Numbered from the whole stretch's first letter, positions 1 to 13,644 are shown. The stretch: 63,863 bases of DNA, filler included, from Octopus bimaculoides (GCF_001194135.2; 8 parts of 8 records of this genome joined end to end with filler, not necessarily neighbours in it); one strand, 5' to 3'. The notes: generated by a model not told the origin, from the sequence alone. Translations and numbers: made by a program.

Positions 1-36
<36 letters not shown>

Positions 37-610
37 TTATCCTGTGAAGATATGTCTATATATATATATATTTCTTGTCAACAAGATAAGTATATACATC
101 ATAACATATTTACTTATACATATATTTTAGAAAAACTGTCTGGTATATAGAATATCAAAATAAGGAAATTGTACAAAAAATTAATATAACATAATTAAAC
201 GTAATAATAAAATAAATATATAAAGTTAAGATATAAAATTTGAATAAATAAATAATATATATAAATGAGTACAAGTAGGTAAAAAAAAAAAAAATCTTGG
301 CGAAACTTAAGGCTTAAATTTGTAAAACAGTCGAAGGCTTTCTTAAAAGTCGGATGTAAAACAAAATGTGAAGTCGAAATATGTACTAGCTTTATAGCAG
401 CAACTCCATCTAAGAATATCTGAAAAAGGAATTGTATTCCGAAATATTATCGGACTATAGATAACTAAATTTCAACAGGTATATAGTCCATTTTTTGTAT
501 TATAGTGCATTGTTGTATCATTCAAAACTTTTTATTCTTTAACAATAACTACACATAAGTACAGGTGGAGGTAAAGAATACGTACACCACGGTTTTCGGC
601 GTAACAAAGA

Positions 611-674
611 CCCTAACCCTAAACCCTAACCCTAAACCCAAACCCTAAACCTAAACCCAAACCCTAAACCTAAC
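611..674 (+). repeat. Short interstitial telomere-like array (CCCTAA/CCCTAAA/CCCAAA variants)
   Basis: ccctaaccctaaaccctaaccctaaacccaaaccctaaacctaaacccaaaccctaaacctaacc inside non-repetitive sequence. Confidence 0.8.
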
Positions 675-961
675 CACCGGATGCGCCTAAGTATATATAA
701 GGTGTAAAGACAGAATATGTATAAGGTGTAACGACAAATTCAAATGCGATATTCAAAATTTTCCGAAAGTCAAAAAATTTTGCTCATGCAGTATATTTTC
801 GGTTGACATTTTAAACTTCGCAAGCGTGCCTGCAGGAATATAAGGGCTCGCGTCTCTGGTTCAAAGCATGTTTATCCTGAAAGGAGATGAAGAACTTTTC
901 TGAGAGGCAAAGATTACATGTCTGTATGATGATACTTTTTCAACACAGCTACGTCTGCACC

Positions 962-967
962 TATACG

Positions 968-998
<31 letters not shown>

Positions 999-1306
999 GT
1001 ATATATATCTCTGTGTGTGTGCATACAAATGTATACATAAATATACGTAAATTCATATACACATACACACACATATATATACATACATGTATGTATATGT
1101 ATTATGAGTATATATATATATATTAATATATGTCTATCCATTTTCTCTCTGTGTGTGTGTCTCTCTCTCTCTCTCTGTGAAATTTACAGAAAAACAAAAG
1201 ACGAAGACAGGTGTATTAACAAGCTGGTGCATTATATATATGTATATATATATATGTATATATATATATCTATATCTATCTATCTATCTATATATATATA
1301 TATATA
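962..1306. repeat. Compound di/tetranucleotide microsatellite (TACA, TA, CA, TG, TC, TATC)
   Basis: Seen directly; runs into an N gap. Similar blocks at 12560-13080, 17060-18060, 23320-23532, 44610-44900, 57090-57500, 63520-63855. Confidence 0.95.
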
Positions 1307-1406
1307 NNNNNNNNNNNNNNNNNNNNNNNNNNNNNNNNNNNNNNNNNNNNNNNNNNNNNNNNNNNNNNNNNNNNNNNNNNNNNNNNNNNNNNNNNNNNNN
1401 NNNNNN

Positions 1407-1509
1407 CGCAGTCATCCTCATTGTCTTCGTCGTTTTCATCACCATCATCGTCATCATCATTATCGTCATAGTCGTCGTTATTGTCGTCGTTATCGCCGTC
1501 GTCGACGTA

Positions 1510-1551
<42 letters not shown>

Positions 1552-1663
1552 TCCATTATCATCATCATCGTCGTCGTTGTCGTCTTTGTTTTTGTTATCA
1601 ACATCGTCGTCGTCATCATCATCATCATCGTCATTATCATCATCATTATCATCATCATCGTCG

Positions 1664-1706
<43 letters not shown>

Positions 1707-1788
1707 TATCATTATCATCATCATCATCATCATCATCGTCATCATCATCATCGTCATTATCGTCATCATTATCATCATTATCATCATT

Positions 1789-1823
<35 letters not shown>

Positions 1824-2460
1824 TATCATCATCATCATCATCATCATCATCACCATCATCATCATCATCGTCGCCGTCGTTGTGGTCATCGTCATTCAAA
1901 ATTATAATTCTCTTCTTGCATTTCTGTATTCTCCTCGTAAAGATCACCATCATCATCACCACCACCACCAAAAACAACAACAACAACAACAACAACAACA
2001 GCAAAAACAACAACAACATCATCATCACCATTATACTCAACATTATCTTAACCATCTTCAATAGAATTCTAATACAATAACTTTAAAAGCAACAGCAAAC
2101 ATTATAAAATCGGTCGAAATCAAAGCCACTACCACTACCACTACCACCACCACCACCACCACCACCACCACCGCCACAGCCACCGCCGCCACCGTTGCTA
2201 CCATCATTACCATTGTGAAAACGTTCACCATCAGTGCTACTACCACAGCTACCATCATCACCTCTACCGTTTCCATCACAACAACCACCACCACCACCAC
2301 TACCACTACCACCAATTCTACCAACAATATTACTATAATCATCATCACCACAATCAGCAAGCCCACCATCACCATACCACTACCACCACCAACACCACCA
2401 CCAACAACAACAACAACAACAACAACAGCAACAACAACAACAATAACAACAGCAGCACCT
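1407..2460. repeat. Compound trinucleotide island (ATC, GTC, GCC, CAA, ACC)
   Basis: Long (ATC)n with (GCC)n, (CAA)n and (ACC)n blocks; source of the poly-H/I/S/D/M ORFs. Similar islands at 18410-19200, 41050-41455, 56245-56880, 60935-61080. Confidence 0.95.
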
Positions 2461-2629
2461 ATACAACCACCACCGCATTCCGTCTTTCGGCGATCGGGAT
2501 TCAATTGTTTGATCTCTGCTGAATTACCAACTCCCTGAATTAACGCGTAAGTGGCTGAGTATTCCACAGACACGTGTAGTGTTTGCGTAATTCTCAAACA
2601 GAATCAGAACGATAAACAGTGTACTTATC

Positions 2630-3005
2630 TAAATTGGTTTCAAATTTTGGCGCAAGGGTAAACATTTTTGGGGGGGAGAGAAGATAAGTCGATTGCATCG
2701 ACCCCAGTGCTCAACATAACAGCAGACAGAATACTGCTAAGCATTTTACCCGACGTGCTAGCGATTCTGTCAGCTCGCCGCCATGTATACATAAGTAAAA
2801 AGGATTTCAAATTTTTGCTACAACGGCAGCTTGGGGGAGGGGATTAAGTCGATTATATCGACCCCAGTGTGTAACTGGTACTTATTGAAATCGACCCCGA
2901 AAGGATGAAAGGAAAAGTTGATCCCAGTCGAGTTTGAACTCAGAACGGACAAAATGCTGCTAAGCATTTTCTCCGGTGTGCTAACGATTCTGGCACCTCG
3001 CTACA
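2630..3005 (-). mobile_element. Two decayed copies of tRNA-derived SINE family B (Meta-domain-like)
   Basis: Matches family B at 9046 and 39578: gtcgattatatcgaccccagtg...actggtactta...cgaccccgaaaggatgaaagg. Confidence 0.75.
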
Positions 3006-3159
3006 GCAACAAACAATATAAACTATTATCATCATTATTACGTTCAGAGTTCAATTCTCACTGAAGCTATCTTTGTGAGTGGACAATAAAATAAAGTATC
3101 ACTCAAATACTGGGGTGTTGGTATCGCCTGTTCCCCCTACTTCCAAAATTACTAGCCTT

Positions 3160-3320
3160 GCGCAGGCATCACGTGGTTAACGTCTTAACCACGTTCACAT
3201 CCCATCGACGTGGTTTCAGGTTCAGTCTCACTACACGGCGATTTAGGTACGTGACTTCTACCTCTGCAGGCCGACCAATGCCTTGTGCTCGAATTTGTGA
3301 TGGCGGAAACTACATCGATT
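3160..3320 (+). mobile_element. Degenerate SINE family A head
   Basis: ggttcagtctcact...cttctacc...ggccgaccaatgccttgtg...ggcggaaact aligns to family A. Confidence 0.55.
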
Positions 3321-3337
3321 CCGTATACATATATATA

Positions 3338-3368
<31 letters not shown>

Positions 3369-3923
3369 ATATACGTATGTGTATATATATATATNNNNNN
3401 NNNNNNNNNNNNNNNNNNNNNNNNNNNNNNNNNNNNNNNNNNNNNNNNNNNNNNNNNNNNNNNNNNNNNNNNNNNNNNNNNNNNNNNNNNNNNNNNNNNN
3501 NNNNNNNNNNNNNNNNNNNNNNNNNNNNNNNNNNNNNNNNNNNNNNNNNNNNNNNNNNNNNNNNNNNNNNNNNNNNNNNNNNNNNNNNNNNNNNNNNNNN
3601 NNNNNNNNNNNNNNNNNNNNNNNNNNNNNNNNNNNNNNNNNNNNNNNNNNNNNNNNNNNNNNNNNNNNNNNNNNNNNNNNNNNNNNNNNNNNNNNNNNNN
3701 NNNNNNNNNNNNNNNNNNNNNNNNNNNNNNNNNNNNNNNNNNNNNNNNNNNNNNNNNNNNNNNNNNNNNNNNNNNNNNNNNNNNNNNNNNNNNNNNNNNN
3801 NNNNNNNNNNNNNNNNNNNNNNNNNNNNNNNNNNNNNNNNNNNNNNNNNNNCTCACAAACCAGATATTGTTATGAAAGATAAAAACAATTAAGTCCGTTT
3901 ATAGTTCAACATGAGGATACCGT

Positions 3924-4135
3924 GTGGCCATAGCATCTCGGCAAAAGAAATATAAAGATTTGCTCATTGAAATCGAAATGTGCCATCTCAAGATGGTTAC
4001 AATACTGGTGGCTGAAGGAACACTTGCAATGATCAAAAACGGAACTAAAAATTATTCAAGAATCATCCCTGGCTTACCATCCATGCAAGAAGTGCAAAAG
4101 ATTGTTTTAACTGATACGTAAGACGTATTGAGAAG
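3924..4135 (+). mobile_element. Decayed C-terminus of an R4/Dong-like RLE non-LTR retrotransposon
   Basis: KYKDLLIEIE...IPGLPSMQEVQKIVL parallels KDLEIEI..MW.LK...QKIALLGTAHILR at 38161-38342. Confidence 0.65.
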
Positions 4136-4500
4136 AGCAGTGTCGCTGTAAATTTTCTTTCCTTTTTTCCGCACTCTGTTTTTTTGTTCCCACTCTTTTG
4201 TTTTTCCTTTCTTTCTTTTTTCCCCACTTTTTCTATCACATGACTTGACTTCGTAAATGAACAACCTGATGTGTTGATTTTAATGGCTTAACAATGTACT
4301 TAGTAAGTTTCTTTGCTTTAGGTGTCGGGAAGACACTCGGTAAGAAATGAAAACAAAATTAAAAGAAATATGTTTGTACAACAACCTAATCCAATAATGG
4401 AAAAGTAATGTTTCAAATCAGTCCAAAAATGCTTCTACGTTCCTTCGTTTTAGTGATGAAGATTTTATCTGGAGGCTGCTCAAAGAGTTTTCATTGCACA

Positions 4501-4875
4501 TGTTGTTGCTGTTGGCACTCCGTCGCTTACGACGTCGAGGGTTCCAGTTGATTCGATCAACGGAACAGCCTGCTCGTGAAATTAACGTGCAAGTGGCTGA
4601 GCACTCCACAGACACGTGTACCCATAACGTAGTTCTCGGGGAGGTTCAGCGTGACACAGTGTGACAAGGCTGACCCTTTGAAATGCAGGCACAACAGAAA
4701 CAGGAAGAGAGAGTGAGAGAAAGTTGTGGTGAAAGAGTACAGCAGGGTTCGCCACCATCTCCTGCCGGAGTCTCGTGGAGCTTTAGCTGTTTTCGCTCAA
4801 TAAACACTCACAACGCCCTGTCTGGAAATCGAAACCGCGATCCTATGAGTCCGCTGCCCTAACCACTGGGCCATT
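4501..4875 (-). mobile_element. tRNA-derived SINE family C, near full length
   Basis: Minus-strand head aatggcccagtggttagggcagcggactc...ggtttcgatt (A/B boxes), (CAA) tail; near-identical to 8631-9015. Confidence 0.9.
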
Positions 4876-6683
4876 NNNNNNNNNNNNNNNNNNNNNNNNN
4901 NNNNNNNNNNNNNNNNNNNNNNNNNNNNNNNNNNNNNNNNNNNNNNNNNNNNNNNNNNNNNNNNNNNNNNNNNNNNNNNNNNNNNNNNNNNNNNNNNNNN
5001 NNNNNNNNNNNNNNNNNNNNNNNNNNNNNNNNNNNNNNNNNNNNNNNNNNNNNNNNNNNNNNNNNNNNNNNNNNNNNNNNNNNNNNNNNNNNNNNNNNNN
5101 NNNNNNNNNNNNNNNNNNNNNNNNNNNNNNNNNNNNNNNNNNNNNNNNNNNNNNNNNNNNNNNNNNNNNNNNNNNNNNNNNNNNNNNNNNNNNNNNNNNN
5201 NNNNNNNNNNNNNNNNNNNNNNNNNNNNNNNNNNNNNNNNNNNNNNNNNNNNNNNNNNNNNNNNNNNNNNNNNNNNNNNNNNNNNNNNNNNNNNNNNNNN
5301 NNNNNNNNNNNNNNNNNNNNNNNNNNNNNNNNNNNNNNNNNNNNNNNNNNNNNNNNNNNNNNNNNNNNNNNNNNNNNNNNNNNNNNNNNNNNNNNNNNNN
5401 NNNNNNNNNNNNNNNNNNNNNNNNNNNNNNNNNNNNNNNNNNNNNNNNNNNNNNNNNNNNNNNNNNNNNNNNNNNNNNNNNNGTTCTCTTAATTTTCCTC
5501 CTCCCTCTTCACCCCCATCTCCTTCTTACATATCCTTCTCCTCCTCCCCTCCTCCTCCTCCTCCTCCCCTACTACTACTGCTGCTACTAATCTTTCTTTC
5601 TCTTTCCATTTATTTTTCTGTTTCGTGATGACGGTCAACTAAACACGGCAAATCCCTTTTTTTTTCTTTCTGCACCTTCATTAGCTGAACAAACTCTCCC
5701 TTTTACCCCTCTCACCTTACTCTTTTTAACCCCTTTATACTACTACTACTCTGTAGCTTTCTTTCCCTCCTCCCTTCCACCTGCTACTTCACCCGTTAAA
5801 CAGAATTTTACGCTTCACTGAACATAGCTTTCTTTCTCTATAACAAGTTTGTCTTTAGTTGTTTTCGTTCTGTCGAGTTGTTGTTGCTGTTATTCTTGAA
5901 CCGTTGTTTCTCTTTATATGCTTTTTGTCTTGTTCCTGTTGTTGCTGTTGTTGTTGTACTTCTGTTCATTTAGTGTTTTTGTTTTGTTCATTTTAATTTC
6001 TTTCTCGTTCATCTAACCGATGGTTTTTTTCTTTCTTTCTTTCTTCCTTTCTTTCTTTCTTTCTTTCTTTATTTATTTCTTTATGTCTTTCTTTCTTTCT
6101 TTCTGTCTGTCTTTCTTTCTTTCTTTCTTTCTTTCTTTTCCAGCTGTTTGTCTGACTGTCTTCGTGACTGGTCTGGACGTACTCTCTCTCGCTCTGTCTC
6201 TGCTTGCCTGACTGTCTGTCTGTCTGTCTGTCTATCTGTCTGCCTCTCAGCCTGTCTGTCTCTTTGTCTATCTGCCTATCACTCTCTCTTTCGTCTTCCT
6301 CCCCGGTTAAAAGTCTAGCTCGGTTGCGTGCTGGTGTACTTGCTTGTAGTTATTTGTAGTTGATTCTATTATTTAGTCAATCCTGATCGAGGAATCACTC
6401 CACAATCAAAGCTGTTCCCGTTTTCTCCTATGTACAGGGAATCTAGTATCAACAGTCATCAACTTGTAACACATGTAATCAAAAACGATAGAATTTTTAG
6501 CAGATCGAGTGACTGACTATGCAGAGGTGGGAACTTTTAGGTTATCTCACCCCCATTAAAAAATTGAATTATCTCCCCCCATTTCATGGAAAATATTGGT
6601 GCTTTTGTTTATGCCCCAACAAAAAGAAAAAAATTAACTCCTCAATAAAACTAAACAAAAAAAAAATGAAAAATTAATAAACT

Positions 6684-6826
6684 GGCGTAGGAGTGGCTGT
6701 GTGGTAAGTAGCTTGCTTACCAACCACATGGTCATGGGTTCAGTCCCACCGTGTGGCACCTTGGGCAAGTGTCTTCTACTATAGCCTCGGGCCGACCAAA
6801 GCCTTGTGAGTGGATTTGGTAGACGG
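6684..6826 (+). mobile_element. SINE family A 5' half (tRNA head plus CORE-like domain)
   Basis: ggcgtaggagtggctgtgtggtaag...ggttcagtccc...ggcaccttgggcaagtgtcttc. Confidence 0.9.
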
Positions 6827-7100
6827 CAAAGATTTGGGGGAGATCCGTTCGCTATTTCTAACAAGTCGAGTGACCACTTTGAAGTGCACTCATTGCTTGT
6901 CTATACGTCTGCAGCGTATATATTTTGCTGTCAGTTTTTATAGTTTATGAAATTTGACTGGCGACTGTCGGTGCTGCTACCTATAGTTGCTTTCAGGGTA
7001 AGAAAAGGAGAAAAAGAGAATTTACTAAGAAATAGAAGGAAGGGTGAAGTTTTCCTTCAAGGGGAGAAAACCACTCTGGGTTTACAATCTTTTTTTTGGC

Positions 7101-7177
<77 letters not shown>

Positions 7178-7189
7178 CATTATTATTAT
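7101..7189. repeat. (ATT)n microsatellite
   Basis: Seen directly. Confidence 0.95.
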
Positions 7190-7298
7190 CAGAGGTCTTT
7201 TTCTTATCAGTGGGAGAACTTATGAAAAGACTGAGAAGACTATGGTAAAGCCCCTTTCTGAAAACTGAGAAAAAATACACAAATTATCTATATTATCT

Positions 7299-8008
7299 GG
7301 TTTGGCTGTGTGGTAAGAAGCCTGCTTCCCAGCTATATGGTTCCGCGTTCAGTTCCATCTGCTTGGCACCTTGGGAAAGTGTCTTCTACTAAAGCCTCAG
7401 GTTGACCAATGCTTTCTGAGTGTATTTGGTAGACGGAAACGTGGTAAGAAGCTTGCTTACTAACAACATGGTTCTGGATTCAGTCCCATCTGAGTGACGC
7501 CTTGGGCAAATGTCTTCTACTATAGCCTCTCGCCAACCAAAGCCTTATGAATGGAGTTGGTAGACGGAAACTGAAAGAAAGCCGTGGTAAGAAGCTTGAT
7601 TTCCAACTATATAGTTCTGGATTCATCAGTCCCATCTGCGTGGTACTTTGGGCAAGTGTCTTCTACTATAGCCTCTCGCCGACCAAAGCCTTATGAATGG
7701 AGTTGGTAGACGGAAACTGAAAGAACCCCATGGTAAGAAGCTTGCTTACCAACCACACGGTCCTGGATTCAGTCCCATCTGCGTGGCGCCTTGGACAAAT
7801 GTCTTCTGCTATTGTCTCTGGCCGACCAAAACCTTGTGAATGGATTTGGTAGACGGAAACTGAAAGAATCCTATCGTATATATTCATTAGAATAAATACC
7901 CGGTCTAAAAGAAAAAAAATGGAGTCAATTCATTCGACTACACGTTCTTCAAGGCAGTGCTTCAGCATGGCCGTAGTGTATTGACTGAAACAAGTAAAAG
8001 GTAAAAGC
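7299..8008 (+). mobile_element. Four head-to-tail SINE family A heads (~143-146 bp period) followed by one family A tail
   Basis: Units start near 7299, 7441, 7584 and 7730 (gtggtaagaagc...gtagacggaaac); tail ends gactgaaacaagtaaaag. Confidence 0.9.
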
Positions 8009-8630
8009 TATAAACCTGACTTGAGCACCCTCAGAAACACTTACATAAGCGCACGCACACATACCACATTCTTTCTATCGATGATATCAACGAAGCTTCC
8101 TCTTTAGCCAACGCTAGCTTGCTTACGCACAAAACATCAACAGCCCTTTCACAAGCGATTTAAAAAAGAGCTGACGGGGAAACCGCTAAGTAGTCTTGCA
8201 TCAACGGTGTTGCTAAATCACTGTAAGAGCATACGAGTACAACAAAAATACATTGCCGTCAGCTGAGAACAATGTAACAATATAAGTCTGCGTCCATTGT
8301 TAGAACTATAAATAGCAACTAAATCTCCCTCAAAACGCACCGTACCGTTTTACACGAGGAAAATTCATATTCGATAGTGTAGTGTAGGACAAAGAACTAA
8401 AAGTATGCGGCTGGATGAGGTAAACTAAATACCAATAAAAACATTGGTTATTAGCAAAATACTTTTATGTCGACAAGCCTACATCGTATTCAGCACTGAC
8501 ATTTTACTCTCTGAAATTTTCCGAACAATGTACTCCACGAATTCGATCGCTCACGCATTCTCTTTAAACTATATCCATACGACCTTCTCTCACGTTCTTT
8601 AATCATATACACAGAGCAATATGTATGTTA

Positions 8631-9015
8631 TTTGTTGGTACTCCGTCGCTTACGACGTCGAAGGGTTCCAGTTGATCCAATCAACGGAACAGCCTGCTCG
8701 TGAAATTAACGTGCAAGTGGCTGAGCACTCCACAGACACGTGTACCCTTAACGTAGTTCTCGGGGATATTCAGCGTGACACAGTGTGACATGGCTGACCC
8801 TTTGAATTACAGGCACAACAGAAACAGGAAGTAAGAGTGAGAGAAAGTTGTGGTGAAAGAGTACAGCAGGGTTCACCACCATCCTCTGCCGGAGCCTCGT
8901 GGTGCTTTAGGTGTTTTCGCTCAATAAACACTCACAACGCCCGGTCTCGGAATCGAAACCGCGATCCTATGACCGCGAGTCCACTGCCCTAACCACTGGG
9001 CCATTGCGCCTCCAC
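8631..9015 (-). mobile_element. Full-length SINE family C with target-site duplication
   Basis: tRNA-like head at the right end; 14-bp direct repeat acacagagcaatat at 8609-8622 and 9014-9027. Confidence 0.92.
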
Positions 9016-9045
9016 ACAGAGCAATATACATCGTATATTGTACAA

Positions 9046-9260
9046 AGGCGGCAAGCTGACAGAAACGTTAGCACACTGGGCGAAATGCTTAGTGGAATTT
9101 CGTCTGTCGTTACTTTCTCAGTTTAAATTCCGCCGGGGTTGACTTTGCCTTTTATACTTTCGGGGTCAATAAATTAAGTACCAGTTGTGTACTGGAGTCT
9201 ATCTAATCGACTGGCCCTCTCCTCAAAACATTTGTGCCTTGTGCCCAGAGTAGAAAAGAA
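9046..9260 (+). mobile_element. SINE family B with probable target-site duplication
   Basis: aggcggcaagctgacagaaacgttagcac...ctttcggggtcaataaattaagtaccag; direct repeat aatatacatcgta at 9023-9035 and 9259-9271. Confidence 0.88.
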
Positions 9261-9502
9261 TATACATCGTACATCTCACGATTTCTAATTAATCGCCTAC
9301 AAATTTAGTTTGAAAACAACAAATTTAAAGTAGCCTAAAGAAGCTTGGTCTTCTGAAAATAGCAAGCAAATTTCCCTCTAATCATATGATATTGATGTGA
9401 ATAAGGAAGGACTACTCTAAAAAAAAGACTGACTGATTAGTTCAATAATGAATTTGAATATAGGTTTGCTTCATCAGCACTGATCTGGTGCTAAACAACG
9501 AA

Positions 9503-9540
<38 letters not shown>

Positions 9541-11085
9541 GTCACTTACCGGTAATAACAGGACACCATCAGTTATGATCAAATTTCAGGTACAAGATGA
9601 AAAAGAAAATTACAAACACAAAAGACTAAAATAATACGAACTGCATTCAACAGTTCTCCGATACTTAGAACTCGCACAGAAGGTATAGTGTAGGTATAAC
9701 GCACAAACATACTTAGAGCATTCACTGGCATTACGCTTGGACCATGCAGAGGAACAACCTAAGTAAAACGTAACTGGTTCAGTTCACTGTGGAATAGCTT
9801 TGATTCCCCAATCCATCTTCCATAATAATAAAAAAAAACAACCCACTTAAATTACGCAACACTATGTTTGCACATCGAAACAAAATACTAAAAATCATTA
9901 GACCGTCTGAAGATGAGAGTATGTTCATGAACCAGATAGTGTTCATTCGTATAACTACTTCTCTTACCTTTCTGAGTCTATATTTCACCTCAGTCTTAGT
10001 CTCTCTACCACCAAAAGCTTACGCGAATCAATTTACGTTTCTACGGTCTGTTATTCAACTTTAGTACGTAAGAAGTGTTCTATTTTCTTTGCCCGATCTC
10101 TAAAGACTTCGTCTTACTTATACTTGTTTTAAACCGGTCTTTTTCGCCACTACATTCAGTTGCAAATTTACCTCTGGCAGACCATCTCTAGATTCCACAA
10201 ACTATGCCCAGAGACGATGTCGAACATCTAGTGTTTCCATTTTCCGTCTTCACACAACAACTTGACTAGGCATTTAATCATTCAAATGTATTGCTCTGGG
10301 ATCCCCTTGGTTATAAGCTAGATGAATGTTGCCGAATTGCTGTTCGAAGTCAATAAAACTATTGCCAATTATCAATGGAACACCACTCAAGATTGATGAT
10401 GTTCCGTAGATCGAGGATTTGCTCACAACGTAACTGTCCTCGTCTGAATCTTGTTTTAATTTCCGTAAAATTATATCAACGGTATTATGAAATCTCTTAG
10501 TAGCACTCTGCAAAAAATACCTTTCGTATGACTAACTTAAATGTAACTCCACGCCAGTTGTTACTATCGACTGTATATTCTTTATGATACTGTATATACT
10601 TCATAATTCTTTATGATCTGATTGGTCAGTGATTTTACAGTACTTGAGATTTGAAGTAACACATCTAGATCAGCAGCTATTATATTTTTCATTACCTTGA
10701 TCTTTCTTTCATATTTTCCACCTCAGAATCCAATTGTGGTTGATGTAGTTAATCTTCTACGTTAAAGAGACCTGTTTGGAGGTTGTTGCAACAATCTTAC
10801 GTGGAAGAGTTCCCTCCAACAGATTAATCAGTCCTGCCAACGCTAAAAACGTTTTTGTCTTTTTCGTCTTTTACTGATATAACTAGTAAACTGCTTGTCT
10901 CAGAAGAGAACTTCAGTGGAAGGGGTTACCAAGATGGAAACTTGCTTCCCTTCCAGACAGTTCTACGTAAAAGTCGAAACGATGCCCAGCAACCAATAAC
11001 CTCAATTTTAAAGTAAGGCAAATAAAGCAAAAATGCAGCGTAGAATGTTTGAGTGGAGTCTCAACAGGGAAACAACACTTGTTTT

Positions 11086-11239
11086 ATGTGGCTGTGTGGT
11101 AAGAAACTTACTTCCCAACCACATGGTTCCGGGTTCAGTCCCACTGCGTGGTACCTTGGGCGAGTGTTTTCTACTATAGCCTCGGGCAAACCAAAACCTT
11201 GTGAGTGGATTTGGTAGACGGAAACTGAAAGACGCCTGT

Positions 11240-11240
<1 letters not shown>
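11086..11240 (+). mobile_element. SINE family A 5' half
   Basis: gtggctgtgtggtaag...ccttgggcgagtg...gtagacggaaactgaaag, then (TA)n and a gap. Confidence 0.9.
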
Positions 11241-11273
<33 letters not shown>

Positions 11274-12559
11274 NNNNNNNNNNNNNNNNNNNNNNNNNNN
11301 NNNNNNNNNNNNNNNNNNNNNNNNNNNNNNNNNNNNNNNNNNNNNNNNNNNNNNNNNNNNNNNNNNNNNNNNNNNNNNNNNNNNNNNNNNNNNNNNNNNN
11401 NNNNNNNNNNNNNNNNNNNNNNNNNNNNNNNNNNNNNNNNNNNNNNNNNNNNNNNNNNNNNNNNNNNNNNNNNNNNNNNNNNNNNNNNNNNNNNNNNNNN
11501 NNNNNNNNNNNNNNNNNNNNNNNNNNNNNNNNNNNNNNNNNNNNNNNNNNNNNNNNNNNNNNNNNNNNNNNNNNNNNNNNNNNNNNNNNNNNNNNNNNNN
11601 NNNNNNNNNNNNNNNNNNNNNNNNNNNNNNNNNNNNNNNNNNNNNNNNNNNNNNNNNNNNNNNNNNNNNNNNNNNNNNNNNNNNNNNNNNNNNNNNNNNN
11701 NNNNNNNNNNNNNNNNNNNNNNNNNNNNNNNNNNNNNNNNNNNNNNNNNNNNNNNNNNNNNNNNNNNNNNNNNNNNNNNNNNNNNNNNNNNNNNNNNNNN
11801 NNNNNNNNNNNNNNNNNNNNNNNNNNNNNNNNNNNNNNNNNNNNNNNNNNNNNNNNNNNNNNNNNNNNNNNNNNNNNNNNNNNNNNNNNNNNNNNNNNNN
11901 NNNNNNNNNNNNNNNNNNNNNNNNNNNNNNNNNNNNNNNNNNNNNNNNNNNNNNNNNNNNNNNNATATATATATAATATGAATATACACACGCATACACA
12001 TTCAGGCTTACATACATACGCATACATTCGCATACATACGCATACGTACATACATACATACACACACATACATGCACACGCACAAACGTACACATGCTCC
12101 ACTTTCGTTACGTTCTAATCCTCACAATAACTCTTTAATACCATTTAATACTATTTGCCCGACCTTAACACGGAACGCTTACGTTTGAACATGTCTTCCC
12201 AAATTCCTTACCTTCAACTACAGATGCAGCATTCGACATTAACACCCATTGTCATGTCCTTCGACTCTCTAAGCAGAAACAATAGAACTGAATTGAGGCA
12301 CGATGATTAATATCCGAACAGGCAGATTCATTCAGCCCAGAAATCTACCAAAATGGATTTTTATTTCCCACGTCACAAACTAACAAAAATGACCAGTTAG
12401 ATGCTTTTAGTGGTGATAAAAGCTAGTGGAATGGGTCACCAAATCTTCAGGAATGTCAGTTACGCTTTTCTCTATTATTTCGCTTATCTATTTTCACCTC
12501 AATGTTCTTCTGTTCTCTGGTAACTCCCTTCCTCTTTCAGTTTGTGGGTGGTCATATAC

Positions 12560-12590
<31 letters not shown>

Positions 12591-12699
12591 TGTATGTATG
12601 TATGTATGTATGTATGCATGCATGCATGCATGTATGTATGTATGTATGTATGTATGTGTGTGTGTGTATGTATGTATGTATGTATGCATGCATGTATGC

Positions 12700-12753
<54 letters not shown>

Positions 12754-13026
12754 GAATTTAGGAACGTATGTACGCACACACACATGCACACGCAGATAAA
12801 CGCGCACTCGCCTCTGTGTGTGCGAAAGTATGTATATGCATGTGTATTATATATGTATGTTCTTACATAAGTGTATGAATACACACACGTACACACAAAG
12901 ACATATATGCATCTATGTATATATGTGTGTGCATGTGTGTGTGTATATACATATATCTATATATATATCTATATCTATATATATATATACACACACACAC
13001 ATACATACATATATACACACACATAA

Positions 13027-13084
<58 letters not shown>

Positions 13085-13244
13085 GAATTTGTATGTGTGT
13101 GTCTCTTCATCGCCCTCACTTCATCTATTTTCTCTCTTCCTCTTCTTTCTCCATTTCGCTCACTCTGTCCCTTCATTTTATTTCTTTACATGTCTTATAT
13201 TTTGGATTCTGGTACAACAGTCAATATAATGCTCTTTACATGCC

Positions 13245-13290
<46 letters not shown>

Positions 13291-13554
13291 ACTACTTCCC
13301 ACTTCCCCCCCAAAACTCACTCTATCTCTTTCTCTCATTTATATACTTTTTTTGCTTTTTCCTTCTTACAAAAATGTCTTACTTCATGGCTGCATATTCA
13401 TTTGTTTTGTGTTCATATATATTTTACGTTTGAGACTAAAGCCAGTAGAACGGAAAGGAAATATGATGGTATAAATGATGATGATGATGATCATAATAAT
13501 GATGACAACGAAGACAACGATGAAGACCGGGCGCGGGCGTCCCTGCAGATGATG

Positions 13555-13621
<67 letters not shown>

Positions 13622-13644
13622 NNNNNNNNNNCCTGCAGATGATG

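Noticed and set aside
1104-2597. Long ORFs encoding poly-H/I/S/D/M/T/V proteins (also 18370-19396, 40922-41464, 56207-56627)
   Set aside because: They are translations of triplet microsatellites, open in several frames on both strands.
7299-7880. Possible tRNA gene cluster or CRISPR array
   Set aside because: Units are SINE heads with CORE-like bodies and no complete cloverleaf.
11008-12118. ORFs over 300 aa here and at 23320-24381, 31665-33189, 61202-62017
   Set aside because: Length comes from N runs and dinucleotide repeats; only the integrase part of 31665 is real.
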